This document shows, piece by piece, positions 1 to 12,739 of a stretch of 64,000 nucleotides of DNA. The stretch is from the NCBI GenBank assembly GCA_963575745.1, contig CAUYUJ010000001.1, positions 682,001-746,000 on the forward strand, given 5' to 3'. The translations under genes were made by a program, and so were the position numbers. The first letter of the stretch is position 1, and each line of letters starts with the position of its first letter. This DNA comes from Prorocentrum cordatum. Lineage: Eukaryota. The notes below the pieces were generated by a model. It had not been told where the DNA came from and did no database searches. It saw nothing but the letters and a program-made list of their open reading frames with translations.

Positions 1-390
1 CTCTCGAGAGCCCCCCAAGTCGCCTCTTGGAGCGCTCTTGGGGCGCTTTTGGAGCGCTTTTGGGCGCTCTTGGGGCCGTCTTGGGTCTCTCTTGCCCCTT
101 GTAGGGGCTATCTTGGGACATTTTGGAGCTAGGTTGATGCTTCGGATGGGCATTGGAAGCGCACAGGCGAGAACGCGAAACACATTGATTTCCCTGCAGG
201 TTTTGAAGCATTTTGGCCTGTTGGGGGCATCCTTGGGGAGCTCTTTCGGCCACTTGGAGCCGTCATGTTGCGGTCTTGGAGCGTCTTGGGGCATTTTGGG
301 AGCTATCTCGAGGCATCTTGCGCTATCTTGAGCCATCTTGGCGGTCATATTGGGCTTTCTGAGGCCCTCTTGGAACCAACTTGGGTGAAA
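1..390. repeat. GC-rich dispersed repeat built from TCTTGG(G/A)GC-type subunits
   Basis: Recurrent ctcttggggc/gtcttggg motifs; the same family recurs at about 12740-15560, 26920-28300 and 29140-29780. Confidence 0.7.
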
Positions 391-595
391 AACTACCCTC
401 TGACACCTCGCGGCGCCCCCCGTCCAGGCCCAGGGGAGGGGGTAGGGGGAGGGGTCAAGTCACCCCCTCCCCGCCCGCAAGCCGTCTCGCTCACTCCCAC
501 CCACCCTCCCAACACGAACGTAGCACCCGAGTCTGGCCCGAGCATCAGCATATATTCAGCAGTCGTCTTGGGATGGGGAGCTACTGGGGGCCAAT

Positions 596-677
596 CCGCC
601 GCCGCCGCCGCTGCGTCCGCTGCGTCCGCCGCCGCCGCCGCCGCCGCCGCCGCTGCCCGCCGCCGCCGCACCCGCCA

Positions 678-708
<31 letters not shown>

Positions 709-794
709 CCCCGCTGCCAAACCGCCGCCGCAGCCGCAGCCGCTGCCGCCACCGCCCCTGCGCGCAGCCGCCGCAGCCGCCCCGCCGCGCCGCC

Positions 795-834
<40 letters not shown>

Positions 835-916
835 AGCCGCCGCCGCAGCCGCCGCCGCCGCAGCCGCCGCAGCCGCCGCCGCCGCCGCCGCAGCCGCCGC
901 AGCCGCCGCCGCCGCC
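596..916. repeat. (GCC)n microsatellite
   Basis: Long GCC/GCA triplet run; explains the poly-Ala/Arg/Pro ORFs here. Confidence 0.95.
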
Positions 917-1374
917 AAGTGTACTCTGTATTGTTTTTTGATAGGGATGGTCGGGGGGGGGGCCGCATCGGGTTGGCTGCGCATGTTCCGAATTTGGAGG
1001 CAGAGTGTGTTTTGCATTGTTTTTTGCAAGGGATGGTGGGGGGGGGGGGGGTCGGCATGGACTCGGGTTGGCCCCCAGTCGCCTGGGGGGGGGTGTTTAT
1101 TAATAGGGAGCAGTGATTAACCCCTTCCCGAAGGGGATAAACGAGGGGTGGAAAAGGAAACGCTCTAAACCACCGGCGCCCAGAGGGCTGGTGGGATTTT
1201 TGGTTCCAGGCACATCAAAGAGATTTCGAAACTGAGGACTGAGGCTCGGTGTATTGGGCACACGACTTGGGGACGCGCCCACTCCGTGCCCAGAGGCACG
1301 GTGGCGGATTATTGAACACTTGGTTACGTATTAAGACTTTCTTCTCGTACTGTGCATGTGCTGCCTTTCGGTAC

Positions 1375-2035
1375 GACAGGGGCACGCAACTGGAGCAATG
1401 TACAACGTGGTCTTGGGAGCGCGAATATGGTGCAAATTACGGGTTGGCGTAACTTACGACAAATATGGCCTCGAACGCGAATCTGGTGTAATTCGCCAGG
1501 GGGCATGGTTTCGGGGGCGCGAATCTGGCGCATCTTTCCAGGGATCATTGCCCAGGGAACGCGAATCTGAAGTAGTTTGCGCGGTGTTGTGGCTTCGGGG
1601 GCACGAATCTGGCATTCCTTACGTGGGATTACTGCCTCGGGAGCAGGACCCTGGTGTAATTTATACAGGGTTCTAGGCTCGGGGGCGCGAGTTGGGCGCG
1701 TAGTGCAGAGAGGGCGTCTGGCCTCGGGAGCGCGAATCTGGCGTAGCTTATGTGGAATTCGGGCTTCGGGAACGCGAATCAGTCGTAGTTTACGCTGTGT
1801 TGTGGCCGTTGGAACGCAATTGTAGCACTCTTTAATCGGGACTCGAATCTGGGTCAAATTGCAAGGAGTTGAGTTTGGCGTCGGGGGGGCGAGCGCGGCG
1901 TACATAGGACGGGATCTGGCTTCGGGGGCGCAGATCTAGGGTATTTCAATTGGCTTCTGGCCTTGGGAACGCGAATTTTGTGTATGTATATATTACGAGG
2001 GATTCTCGCCTCGGGGGCGCGAGCCTGGCGCAATT
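1375..2035. repeat. Diverged ~42-bp minisatellite
   Basis: GCGAATCTG core recurs at 1477, 1519, 1561 and onward; 14-aa periodicity in the antisense ORF 1324-1905. Confidence 0.85.
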
Positions 2036-2111
2036 TTGTATTTGGCGCACCAAGCGTACGTTACTGCAGATTCTGGCTTTGGTAACACGAAGCTGACGTT
2101 ACTCGGAGGCA

Positions 2112-2126
2112 TCATTCTGGCTCAAG
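2112..2126 (+). other. Relic dinoflagellate spliced leader (DinoSL) upstream of the haloperoxidase gene
   Basis: TCATTCTGGCTCAAG matches 13/15 of the DinoSL 3' end CCATTTTGGCTCAAG and sits where the minisatellite gives way to the gene. Confidence 0.65.
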
Positions 2127-2327
2127 CTATGTTTGGTTACAATTGCATACACATACACTCGATTGTCCATAGCGGCAGGCCCTGCGGCGACGTTTACCCA
2201 CATGCCTTCCATCATGCGCGGACGCCACCGCGCATTCCTTATCCATAACGTGCTGAATTCTTATGTGTGCGGCCAAGTATTGTGGGAAGGTCGCGCCTAG
2301 CAAGGTGACAGCGTCAGTGCGCAGGAC

Positions 2328-5239
2328 ATGCAACTTTTTCAGGTTCTCCTTCTCTCGCGCCAGGGGGCCACCGACAGTTGCAGCGCGTTCCGATTCGCCA
2401 AGGCTGCCCCGTCTGCGTGCTATCCAAGGGTTGGCGGAGCTTCTGACAGCCTCGCTGACACCGCCGCCGTCAGCGTCCGTGGCTTCGAAAACGACCAGGT
2501 CCAGCGCGCAGTGTCCTACTTGGGAGATAACGCTTCGTTTGGGCACCTTGCGGCGGATCTGGCCTTCGATACGAACGCCGCGTACAGGCCGACGCACGCG
2601 GACGACGCGGACGCAGCAGACCAGGCCAGCTTCTGGAATGAGTTCGAGGATGTGGTGACGGCCCAACTTCTGAGGAGGAACGGGGCCCTCACTCGGGATA
2701 TTATGTCCGTGCATCCGCTCTTCGCCGGGGACACAATGGAGCAGTCCGCCCAGCGCGTCCGTGCGGACTTCCCCACGCAGTTTCCTACGGAGCAGATCAT
2801 GAGCTACTTGGGCAGCATGGCGCTCACAATGGACCCAGAAATCTTCGGCCAGGCCAGTTGCGCGAGCACGGTCGAGTTTGTGAACGGCCCAGTGGCTCTG
2901 GGGAGGATTATCGGCTGGGCAATCGCAGAGGTGTCGCCCGCCACCTTCGGGTGCAAGTGGTACGTCGGCCGCGCGCGGCCCGAGGAGGTTGCGTACAACC
3001 TCAGCCAGGGGGGTGGAGCCAGGCCCCGGCCAACGTCAGGGCGATGGTGGACGGCATGGGCTTGACCACGCCCGAGTCTTTCACCGCCTATTCAGAAGGG
3101 TGCCCCGTGCACCCAGCTTGGCCGGCTATGCATTCGGCGGCCTCCTCTCTGTCGACTTGGCTCGACGTCGTGGCCCTCCTGACCCCGGCGCAGCGCAATG
3201 AGGTGCGACTCCTGGATTACTCTGTTGCTTACTTCCGCACGTTCGCAGGCGTTCACTACGATTCTGACAACCGTGCCGGCCTGGCGCTCGGCCAGAGGAT
3301 CGTGAGGGAGAAGTTGCCGGACTACCTCTCGGAGAAGTACGGCTGCGACGCCGCCAGCAAGGCCGCGATCAGGTCGCACGTGCAGACCAAGATCGCGTCG
3401 CTGGAGGTTCTGGATTGGGCTACTTGGACGCCCGATCATTGGATTCGCCCCTCCGCGTACTACTCCTCACTCCGACGCCGACAAGCGGATCACGTCCTGC
3501 CCAAGAACCTGAGCGGAGCACCCCTGTCTTCCACAGATACGATTGCGGCTATCGCGAAGCCGTCTGTGGCGCTGTGGGCCGGAGGACCCCACGGCAGCCC
3601 GCGAGCCGCCCAACGGAAGGCGCTGGCGGGCAACGACGGGTGCACCGAGTATCGTTTTGAAAAAGCTGCTGAAGGCGCATGTTACCCGCGGAGCGGCGGA
3701 GCCTCCGACAGCTTGAGGGAGACCGCCGCCGTCAGCGTCCGCGGGTTTCACGGTAACGACCAGGTCCAGGCTGCCGTGTCCCACTTGGGCGCGAACGTTT
3801 CGTTTGCACAAGTCGCTGTCGACTTGGGTTTCGACACGAATGTTGCACTCAAGCCGACGCACGCGGACGACGCAGACGAGGCCGACAAGAGTAGATTTTG
3901 GGCGGAGTTCGAGGAGGTGGCGGCAGCCCAGCTTCTGAGGATTCAAAATCGCAGAACAGAAGAAATCATGTCTGTGCATCCACTCTTCGACGGGGATACG
4001 ATGGAGCAGTCTGCCCAGCGCGTCCGAGCTGACTTCCCCCCGTTCTTTCCGACGGAGCAGGTCATGGATTATTTGCAGAGCATGTCGCTGACGCTGGACC
4101 CGGACATCTTCAACCAGCCCAGCTGCACAAGCCGTGTCGAGTTTGTTAACGGCCCAGTGGCTTTGGGAAGGATTATCGGTTGGGCGATCGCCGAGGTGTC
4201 GCCCGCCTGCTTCGCTTGCAAGTGGGCCGTCGGTCGTTCGCGACCCGAGGAGGTCGCTTACGGAGTCATCCAGGGCGAGCTTCCCGATGCCCCCATGCGC
4301 GTCAAACAGATGATGGCCGACTTCGTGGCCGCCAAGCCTGTGAACAGCGCCGAGGACTTCACCGCGTACACCGAGGGCTGCCCTGTGCACCCGGCCTGGC
4401 CCGCCATGCACTCCGCCGCCTCCAGCTTGTCCTCGTGGTTGGACGTCGTTGCCATCCTCACCCCCGCGCAGCGCGAGGAGGTGCGGCTCCTGGACTTCTC
4501 TGTCGCGTTCTTCCGCACCTTCGCGGGCGTTCACTATGCGACGGATAACCGCGCTGGCTTGGCTCTTGGGAGGAAAATCGTGGAGTCGAAGTTGCCCGAC
4601 TTCTTGGCCGAGACGTACGGCTGCGACGCGGCGTCCGCATCCGCGATCAGGGCGCGCGCCGCAGCCAAGATCCAGTCGTTCAATTCGGACACCCTGAGCG
4701 GGCACCCCTTCAGCTGGGCCACTTGGACACCCCAGAAGTGGATCAGCCCAACGCAGTTCTTTGACGCATCCAGCAGCGCCATCGGTGACCCACACATGCG
4801 GAACATGTTTGGTCAGAGCTTTGACATCGCACGGACCGGCGAGCACGTGCTCATCAATATTCCAAAAATATGTGGCCCAGATGAGATTCTTCTTCGCGTG
4901 GGTGCGGAGGTGCGAAGCGACCGACATGCACATTGCGCGACCGACATGTACATCAAGGCGCTCAACATCACTGGTGCGTGGGCCAATAAGCAGCAGACAA
5001 ATGGCTTCAGGTATTTGGCGAGCCATCGTGATCAGCGCCAGCCATGGAGGTGGTTCGGCAAGGTTGAGCTGAAGGTGGCGTGGGGCCGCACGCGCGACGG
5101 GGAAGATTACCTTAATGTCTATGTCCGCCACTTGAGCAATGCTGGTCACGCGGTCGGGGGTATCCTCGGCATCGACGATCATTCAGAGGCATCATCCCCG
5201 GACGAGAGGTGCAAACGCTCCCACACGCTCGCTCTCTAA
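2328..5239 (+). CDS. Tandem two-domain vanadium-dependent haloperoxidase-like (PAP2 superfamily) protein with C-terminal GDPH/VWD-like domain; one frameshift
   Basis: ORFs 2328-3065 and 2858-5239 join across a G run at 3008-3013 that is one G short. Each repeat has K-x6-RP (KWYVGRARP / KWAVGRSRP), HPAWPAMH and R-x5-H-x3-D (RTFAGVHYDSD / RTFAGVHYATD). The tail begins AIGDPHMRNMFGQSFD. No introns. An upstream in-frame ATG at 2202 is blocked by TAG at 2298. Confidence 0.8.
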
Positions 5240-5348
5240 GCGAATCAAGTCGGATGCTCGTGCTGCGCTTGCGAGCTAACATTAAGAGCTCATGTAGGCT
5301 CTGTATGCCTCACATATTGGTTGTCTGCCTGTGTGGAGCAGTGTCGCA

Positions 5349-8300
5349 TGAGGGCGTCAAGAGGGCCCCAAAGGGCACCAAACAAGCCCCAATATGACCC
5401 CAGGATCGCCCTCGAGACGACCCCCAAATGTGATTTCGCCTGAGACATCTTCACAACATTGATATGTTCGTATCGTCGATTTTTATCAAACATAAGCGTT
5501 TCGCCCGAGACATCCACCCAAACATGGGAAGTTGCGAATTTGACATATGTTCAACAACTGGTGTATCGCCTGAGACATCCTCATACAAATGATATGTTGG
5601 AGAGGTGGTTTTATTACCCCTCATGTTAAACATGGCGCTCTCGCTACACATATCCTTTGAACATCGGGCGGAGCACGGCGGACGAAAAAACAAGCACGGC
5701 AGAGAATGAGTATTTTTGCCGTGCTCCTTCGTTTTTGGGGTCTATCTGCCGTGCTCTTTAGCGCTTGGGGTATACTCTGCCGTGCTCCTGGTCTTCTTCT
5801 GCCGTACTCCTTCGCTCTTCGGGCCTGTTCTGCCGTGTGCTTGGTCTTTTTCTGCCGTGCTCCTTAGTTCGTGGGGTCTATTCTGCCGTGCTCCTGTTTT
5901 TTTTTCTGCCGTGCTCCTTCGCTCATGGGGTCTAGTCTGCCGTGCTCCTGTTTTTTTTGTGCCGTGCTCCTTCGCTCTTCGGGCCTATTCTGCCGTGCCC
6001 CTGGTCTTTTTCTGCCGTGCCCTTGAGCTCTGGGGGTCCATTTGGCCATGCTGCTGGTCTTTTTCTGTCGTGCTCCTTCGCTCTTCGGATCTATTCTGCC
6101 GTGCTCATGGTCTTTTTCTGGCGTGTTCCTTCGCTCTTGGGGCCTATTCTGCCGTGCTCCTCAGCGCTTGGGGTCTATTCTGCCGTGCTCCTGGTCTTTG
6201 TTCTGCCGTGCTCCTTAGCTCTTTGGGTCTATTCTGCCGTGCTCCTTAGCTCTTGGGGTCTATTCAGCCGTGCTCCTGGTTTTTGTTCTGCTGTGCTCCT
6301 TCGCACTTAAAGCATATTCTGCCGTGCTCCTTGTCTCTTGGGTTATATTCTGCCGTGCCCCTCGTCTTTTTCTGGTTTGCTCCTTCGCTCTCGGGGCCTA
6401 GTTTGCCGTGCTCCTTAGCTCTTGGGGTCTATTCCGGCGTGCTCATGCTTTTTTTTCTGCCGTGCTCCTTCGCTCTTGGGGCCTATTCTGCCGTGCTCCT
6501 GGTCATTTTCTGCCGTGCTCCTTAGCTTTTGGGGTCTATCCTGATGTGCTCCTGGTCTTTCTCTGCCGTGCTCCTTCGCACTTGGGGCATATTCAGCCCT
6601 GCTCCTTGGCTCCCAGGGTCTATTCTGCCGTGCTCCTGGCTTTTTTCTGCTGTGCTCCTTCTCTCTTGGGGCATATTCTGCAGTGCTTCTGGTCTTTTTC
6701 TGCCTGCTCCTTAGCTCTTCGGGTCTATTCTGCCGTGCTCCTGGTGTTTTTTTCTGCCGTGCTCCTTCGCTTTGGGGGTGTATTCTGCCATACTCCTTTG
6801 CTCTAGGCTCTAGGGGTCTATTCTGCTGTGTTCCTGGTCTTTTTCTGCGGTGCTTCTTCGCTCTTGGGGTCTATTCTGCCGTGCTCCTGATCGTTTTCTG
6901 CCGTGTGCGCCCATAATCCCCGCCACAACGACCACCGCGACGATCCGCACGGCAGAATACAGGAACACGGCAGAACAGACAGAGCACACAGAGGCACGGC
7001 AGAACACAGAAGCTCGGCAGAACAGGAGCACGGCAGAACATACAGGAGCACATCAAAACACACCCCGCACGCACGCCGACACGCGCGCCACGGCATACCT
7101 GCGCGGCGTAACAATAACAGAGCATAGTCCACATGCTTGGTGGACTAAAGCGACGCTTCCCGTTCTTGTTTGGTCAGGTTCTCCAACACAGCGATTTCGC
7201 TTGAGGCAGCCTCCGAGCATGAAGAGGTTGGAGGCTATCGTTTATGACGTGATCTGCTAAACATGACGGTTTCGCTCGAGACATCCTCAGACATTGGGAT
7301 GTTGAGAAATGTCAAGGATTTTGCTGTGCATGAAAATGAGCGTTTCGCCCGAGATACCCTCGAACGAATGATATGTTGGACAAGCTGTTTTACTACCTCT
7401 CATATAAAAAACATGCTCTTTCGATCGGGACATCCTCAGAACATCGGGAGGGGCGCGGCAAACCGAACAAAGGAGCACGGCAGAAAATGCCAATTTCACT
7501 GGGGACATCCTCAACAAATGGGATGTTCGCACCATCGCCTCGACATCGTTCTCGAAGTGCTTCAAGATGAAGAAATGAGAGCCCAAAAAGGAGCCCACGA
7601 TGGATCCAACAGCGCCCTGGAGACTGCCGAACATGACGATTTCGCTGGAGGCATCCTCAAAACATGAACAACTGCAACACCATCGTTTTGAAAACTGCTG
7701 TTCTAACATCGTCTTGGAATCGCTCCTGAAAAGGCTTCCTGATGGTCTAAGCCAGCCTTCTAAAAACAACGACTTCGCTAGGGACATCCTCAAACAATGA
7801 ATGTGTCTAACATCGCACTGTAATGATCTTGGAGGGCATCAAGACGGCCCCGAAGGGCCCCAACCGAGCCCCAATCTGACCCCCAGGATCGCCCTCGAGA
7901 CGACTCCAAAATGCGATTTCGCCTGAGACATCCTCACAATATTGATATGTTCGTAACATCGATTTGATCAAACATAAGCGTTAGCTCGTAGGGTTTATTA
8001 TGCCGTGTTCCTGGTCTTTTTTTTCTGCCGTGCTCCTTCGCTCGCGGGGCCTCTTCTGCCATGCTCCTTAGCTCTTGGATTATATTCTGCCGTGCTCCTG
8101 TTTTTTTTTCTGCCGTGCTCCTTGCCTCTTGGGTTAGATTCTGCCGTGCCCCTCGTCTTTTTCTGGTTAGCTCCTTCGCTCTCGGGGCCTAGTTTGCCGT
8201 GCTCCTTAGCTCTTGGGGTCTATTCTGGCGTGCTCATGTTTTTTTTCTGCCGTGCTCCTTCGCTCTTGGGGCCTATTCTGCCGTGCTCCTGGTTTTTGTT

Positions 8301-8830
8301 TCTGCCGTGCTCCTTCGCTATTCGGGCCTATTCTGCCGTGCTCCTTCACTCGTCGGGTCTATTTTGTCGTACTCGTGGTCTTTTTCTGTCGTACTCCTTG
8401 GCTCTTCGGGCTTATTCTGCCGTGCTTCGGTCTTTTTCTGCCGTGCTCCTTAGCTCTTGGGGTCTATTCTGCCGTGCTCGTGGTCTTTTTCTGGCGTCTG
8501 TTTCGCTCTTGGGGCCTACTCTGCCGTGCTCCTTAGCTCTTTGGTTCCTCAGCTCTTGGGGTTTGTTCTGCCGTGCTCCTGGTCTTTTTCTGCCGTGCTC
8601 CTTCGCTCTTGGGGCCTATTCTGCCGTGCTCCTGGTCATTGTCTGCCGTGCTCCTTAGCGTTTGGGGTCTATTCTGCCGTGCTCCTTAGCTCTTGGGATC
8701 CATTCTGCTGTGCTCCTGTTTTTTTTCTGCCGTGCCCCTTCGCTCTCCAAATCTATTCTGCCGTGCTCCCGGTATTTTTTTCTGCCGTGCTCCTTAGTTC
8801 TTGGGGCCTATTTTGCCGTGCTCCTGATCT
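5349..8830. repeat. Compound satellite: CTATTCTGCCGTGCTCCT arrays interleaved with TTCGCCTGAGACATCCTC-family repeats
   Basis: Arrays at about 5715-6903 and 8000-8830, inverted copies at about 6945-7050; 5349-5500 is duplicated at about 7830-7982. Confidence 0.9.
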
Positions 8831-8879
8831 TAGACAAATGCGCGTCCTTACGACGCCCTCACAACTGAAGAGTCCCGAG

Positions 8880-9929
8880 ACTCTCCGGAGCCGGTCACTC
8901 GTGGGGACTCGCTCCCTGTCCACCGCCCACTGCAGGTAGAGTTCGGCCCTCCCCGATTGACCGCGAGGGGTGCCAGGCGGAGATCATTGCCCATGTCACT
9001 TCGTGCGCGTCGCTGAATTCAGGCGGGGAGTGAACTCCGCCTGCCCTTGGCCTTGATGCCCCGCGTTCACCGCCCACGGCAGGTGGAGTTCACTCCCCGC
9101 GCGAGTTCAGCCCTCCCCGATAGACCGCGAGGGAGACCAGGTTTAACCTAGTCTCCCTCGCGGTCTATCGCTGCCCATGTCAGCTCGTGCCCATGTCAGT
9201 CCGTTCGTGCGTGTCGCCGGACTCAGGCGGGGAGTAAATTCGACCTGGTCTTGTCCCTGATCCCCCGCGGGCATTCGACACCGTGCGCCGCTCGCAGCAG
9301 GTGGAGTTCACTCCCCGCCTGGGTTCAGCACTTCCTGGTTGACCGCGAGAAGTGCCTGGTGGAGCTGGCTGCCCATGCCAGTTCGCGCGCGTTGCTGAAC
9401 TCAGGCGGGGAGTGGACTCCACCTGGTCTTGGCCCTGATCTCCCGCGGGGATTCGCCGTCGCCCGCCGCCCACGGCAGGTGTAGTCCACTCCTTGCTCGG
9501 GTCCAGCTCTCCCCGGTTGACCGCGAGGGGTGCCGGGCGGAGATCGCTGCCCATGAAACTTCGTGCGTGTCGCTGAATTCAGGCGGGGGCGAACTCCACC
9601 TGCTCCTGCTCCTGGCCGTGATGCCCCCGCGGGGATTCGCCCCCCGTCCGCCGCCCACAGCAGCTGGAGTTCACTCCCCGAGCGAGTTCAGCCCTCCCCG
9701 ATGGACCGCGAGGGAGGCCAGGTTAAGCTCGCTGCCCATGTCAGTCAGTTCGTTCGTGTCGATGACCTCAAGCGGGGAGTGAATTCCACCTGCTCTTGGC
9801 CCTGATCCCCCCGCGGGTAGTGAATTCCACCTGGTACCCCCTGTGGACGTTCGAGAAGAGCGCATGGGTAACTTGTGACCTTATGCTGGTGCACGTTCTT
9901 GCCGAGCTCACCGATGACGGTGATGATGG

Positions 9930-10026
<97 letters not shown>

Positions 10027-10330
10027 CTCGCCGTGCGTCTGAACTCGCGCGGGTAGTAAACTCCACCTGGTACCTTTGGTGGACGTTCGGGGTGAGCGGC
10101 ACGTCTGAACTTGCGCGGGTAGTGGACTCCATCTGGCACCTTTTGTGGACGTTCGGGGTGAGCGCCATGTCTGAACTTGTTCGGGTCGTGAACTCCATCT
10201 GGTACCCCTTGTGGACGTTCGGGGTGCGCGCCGCGTCTGGACTTGCGCGGGTAGTGAACTCCACCGGGTACCCCTTGTGGACGTTCGGGAAGAGCGCCTA
10301 CACGACACGTCACCGTAAGGTCGGTGCACG
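8880..10330. repeat. Diverged tandem repeats including a ~66-bp unit and a (GAT)n tract
   Basis: GGTAGTGAACTCCACC-like units at about 10052, 10118, 10184 and 10249; (GAT)n at about 9915-10026; longer repeated units at 8930-9800. Confidence 0.85.
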
Positions 10331-11649
10331 TTCTTGCCCAGCTCTTCGATTTCACGCGTTTCCTGTTCATGTCAAGAAAGGTTTCTCACGGGACGCGCCG
10401 CTGCGACGGACCCGAGGCGTGGCGTCGTGACCAAGGATGCGAGGAGGTGGCGGTGATAGGGAGAGAGCAGGACGGGGGCCAGCTGGTAGAGTACGGGGTC
10501 ACGGACAGCATGAGAGAGACGCCATGCTGCCACCGCTGACTGAACATGTATTCCTTAGGCGTGGTCTGCTCGGTTGCGGCCATCTAGGCGAGGAGATTGT
10601 CATAGACGGTTTGGGCATCAACCCATGCGTCGCGTGGATCTCCAAAGCAGGATGGGCGGTGGTACTTCTTAAGAGTTGCAGTTCACTAGCCGAACTTGAA
10701 GTTGTCAACTCCACTGTTCGCGCAACCGCCCCACCCACCCACCCGCAACTTGGTTTGCAAAACCCACGCGGGAGCGATTGCGATGAGTGCTGGGTGTTGG
10801 CTAGTGCATCTCTGCGGCCGCGCTAGCCCGCGCATGCTCGCGCGCGCAGCGGCCAGCTAGTCTGGCGCGACCGACGCGAACGCGGTGGCGTTGACCGCTC
10901 GGTACATCCCAGCGGGCCCTTCAGGGCGAGTCGGCGACTAATGCAGGCACGTTATCATGGCAACGTCGGCAACGGTAGACACGATAACGATAGTAGCGAT
11001 GCTGGTGGCGATACTGACAGCGACGACGGGGCAGCCAGCGACGGCGCCGATGCTAATCACGCCGGCGACGATGACGGCAACTTCGCGTCGGTGGCGCAGG
11101 TTTTGGAAAGAATTCGAAGTGCGCGCGGCAGACGCGCGAGAGTGGCTCGCGTGGTATTATGTGACACGGATCGTGCCACCCCAGCACGCGCGCACGGGCG
11201 TCCGAACGATTTCGACATGCGCGCGGGCAAATCCCGTTTGGTAGCATTTGATGCAAATGTAGAAAAGCTTCTGGGGTTCTTAAGAATTCGCAAGAGTGCG
11301 ATCACACATTGGTTGCAAATCCGTGTTGCGAATTAGAAGAATAAGGCGCGTGAAAGAATAACGTGTTTTTTGGCACTCGATTTTGAAATCTTTCCGAAAC
11401 AGCGAATTGTTGAAAGATTTTGGCATGCGCGCGCGACGACGCGCGCTTGTGCACTTCGTTTCGTTTGTGGCAAGGGTTTTTCGATAACTTATGGTTTTCG
11501 ATGACCGATACCGGCGTGGCTGGGATAGTTTGATTTCAGAGGTCGGATGGACATTGGGTCAGGACCATTTGCGTTTTGCATAGGGGAATCGGGAAGTTTT
11601 TGGGGGGGGGATGGTGGTAGAACCGAATTCTTTTTTTAGAACGGAGAAT

Positions 11650-12330
11650 GGAAGTAACTCGGCAGTCGTGTGCGGGCCCCTGTCAGGGCCTGTTCAGAGC
11701 GCGGGCTTGGCCGAACATTGTTTTCTGTACGCCGCTCTCCTTGATGGGCGTGAATGCCACAGTCGTGACATATCCAAGGGACTTTTTGATCGGGCTCCAG
11801 AAGTGCTCAGAGGTGATGTGCAGAGTTTCGGAGTAATGCTAGGATATTGGGAGCCATCTCTCATGGAAGTGAGGGGTGTAGGGGTGAGAACGTGAACCCT
11901 ACGTGGATGCCGTCAAAGAAGAGCAATTAAGACGTGATACCGAAATCACGATTTATCGGGTCTCTGGTATCCTGGGAGTTCGCAGGCCGATAAGTTTGCG
12001 AGATTGAAGGCGATGGAACACCCAGTGTCTCCCCACTTGGCCCAGGGGGCCCTGGCCGCTCGCAGCTTCGGTGGGCAGTTCGCGCGACTCCTGGCAGGCA
12101 CCTTGGGTCAGCTGAACGAATTAGATTTCCCAGGTCTCGGTAAGGTCCCTAGGGCCGAAGGTCCCTCAGGAGGCCAAATTTCAATACATGAGCCCGTCTG
12201 TGTGTTGCAGATCACACCCAGTGACAGAGGCCATTTGCATCACAATATTGACTACAGAGGGGGCTGCATAGCGTGCGGTTCGAGTGCAGTTTCGCGCAGT
12301 GTGAAAATCTAGAAAGAGTGCCCTGGCACA
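11650..12330 (+). pseudogene. Decayed 3' fragment of a non-LTR retrotransposon (RNase H-like plus Cys/His motif)
   Basis: Across shifting frames: GPLSGPVQSAGLAE, ATVVTY, WMPSK, SQADKFARLKAMEHPV, GHLHH...CIACG...ECPG. The order resembles the RNase H/zinc-knuckle C-terminus of LINE ORF2; stops and frameshifts present. Confidence 0.5.
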
Positions 12331-12739
12331 CTAAGAGTGTTAGCGAGGACGCGCCCTTTCTACAGCAGGATGTGGGTGACAAGGGACGGCAAGGAAGATA
12401 CGATCATACATTCGATCCCTTATTTTCACATGTATATATATATATGTATACATGTACATTTGTATATACATATGTAAACAAGACTGCATTTGCGTTTAGC
12501 GCCATGCACCTTGGTCTTTGAAGTTTGGTCTGCGGGCGAAATGGCAGGAAGGTCAAGGCGACCGTTTAGCGATAGTTTCTTGCTGCCTTTTCCGACATCG
12601 CCTTTATACTAGTGTTATTCATGTTTTTCCTCCATGTTTTTGTTTCCTCATTGTCGTCATCCTCCTCAGCTTTTTGCGGACGATCATCCTTGGAGAGCCG
12701 CTAGGGGCTCCCCAGAAGTTTGTCAAGCTTTCGTAAGGC

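Noticed and set aside
265..1116. Poly-Ala/Arg/Pro ORFs here, and similar ORFs at 9745-10370, 29388-30710, 31613-32521 and 53744-56696
   Set aside because: Translations of GCC, GAT, GAC, CCT and CTA microsatellites with no coding signal.
3467..5182. 571-aa minus-strand ORF
   Set aside because: Antisense shadow of the GC3-rich haloperoxidase gene.
10040..10310. Regularly spaced repeats resembling a CRISPR array (also 1375-2035 and 5715-8830)
   Set aside because: Whole units repeat with no unique spacers, there are no cas genes, and the context is eukaryotic.
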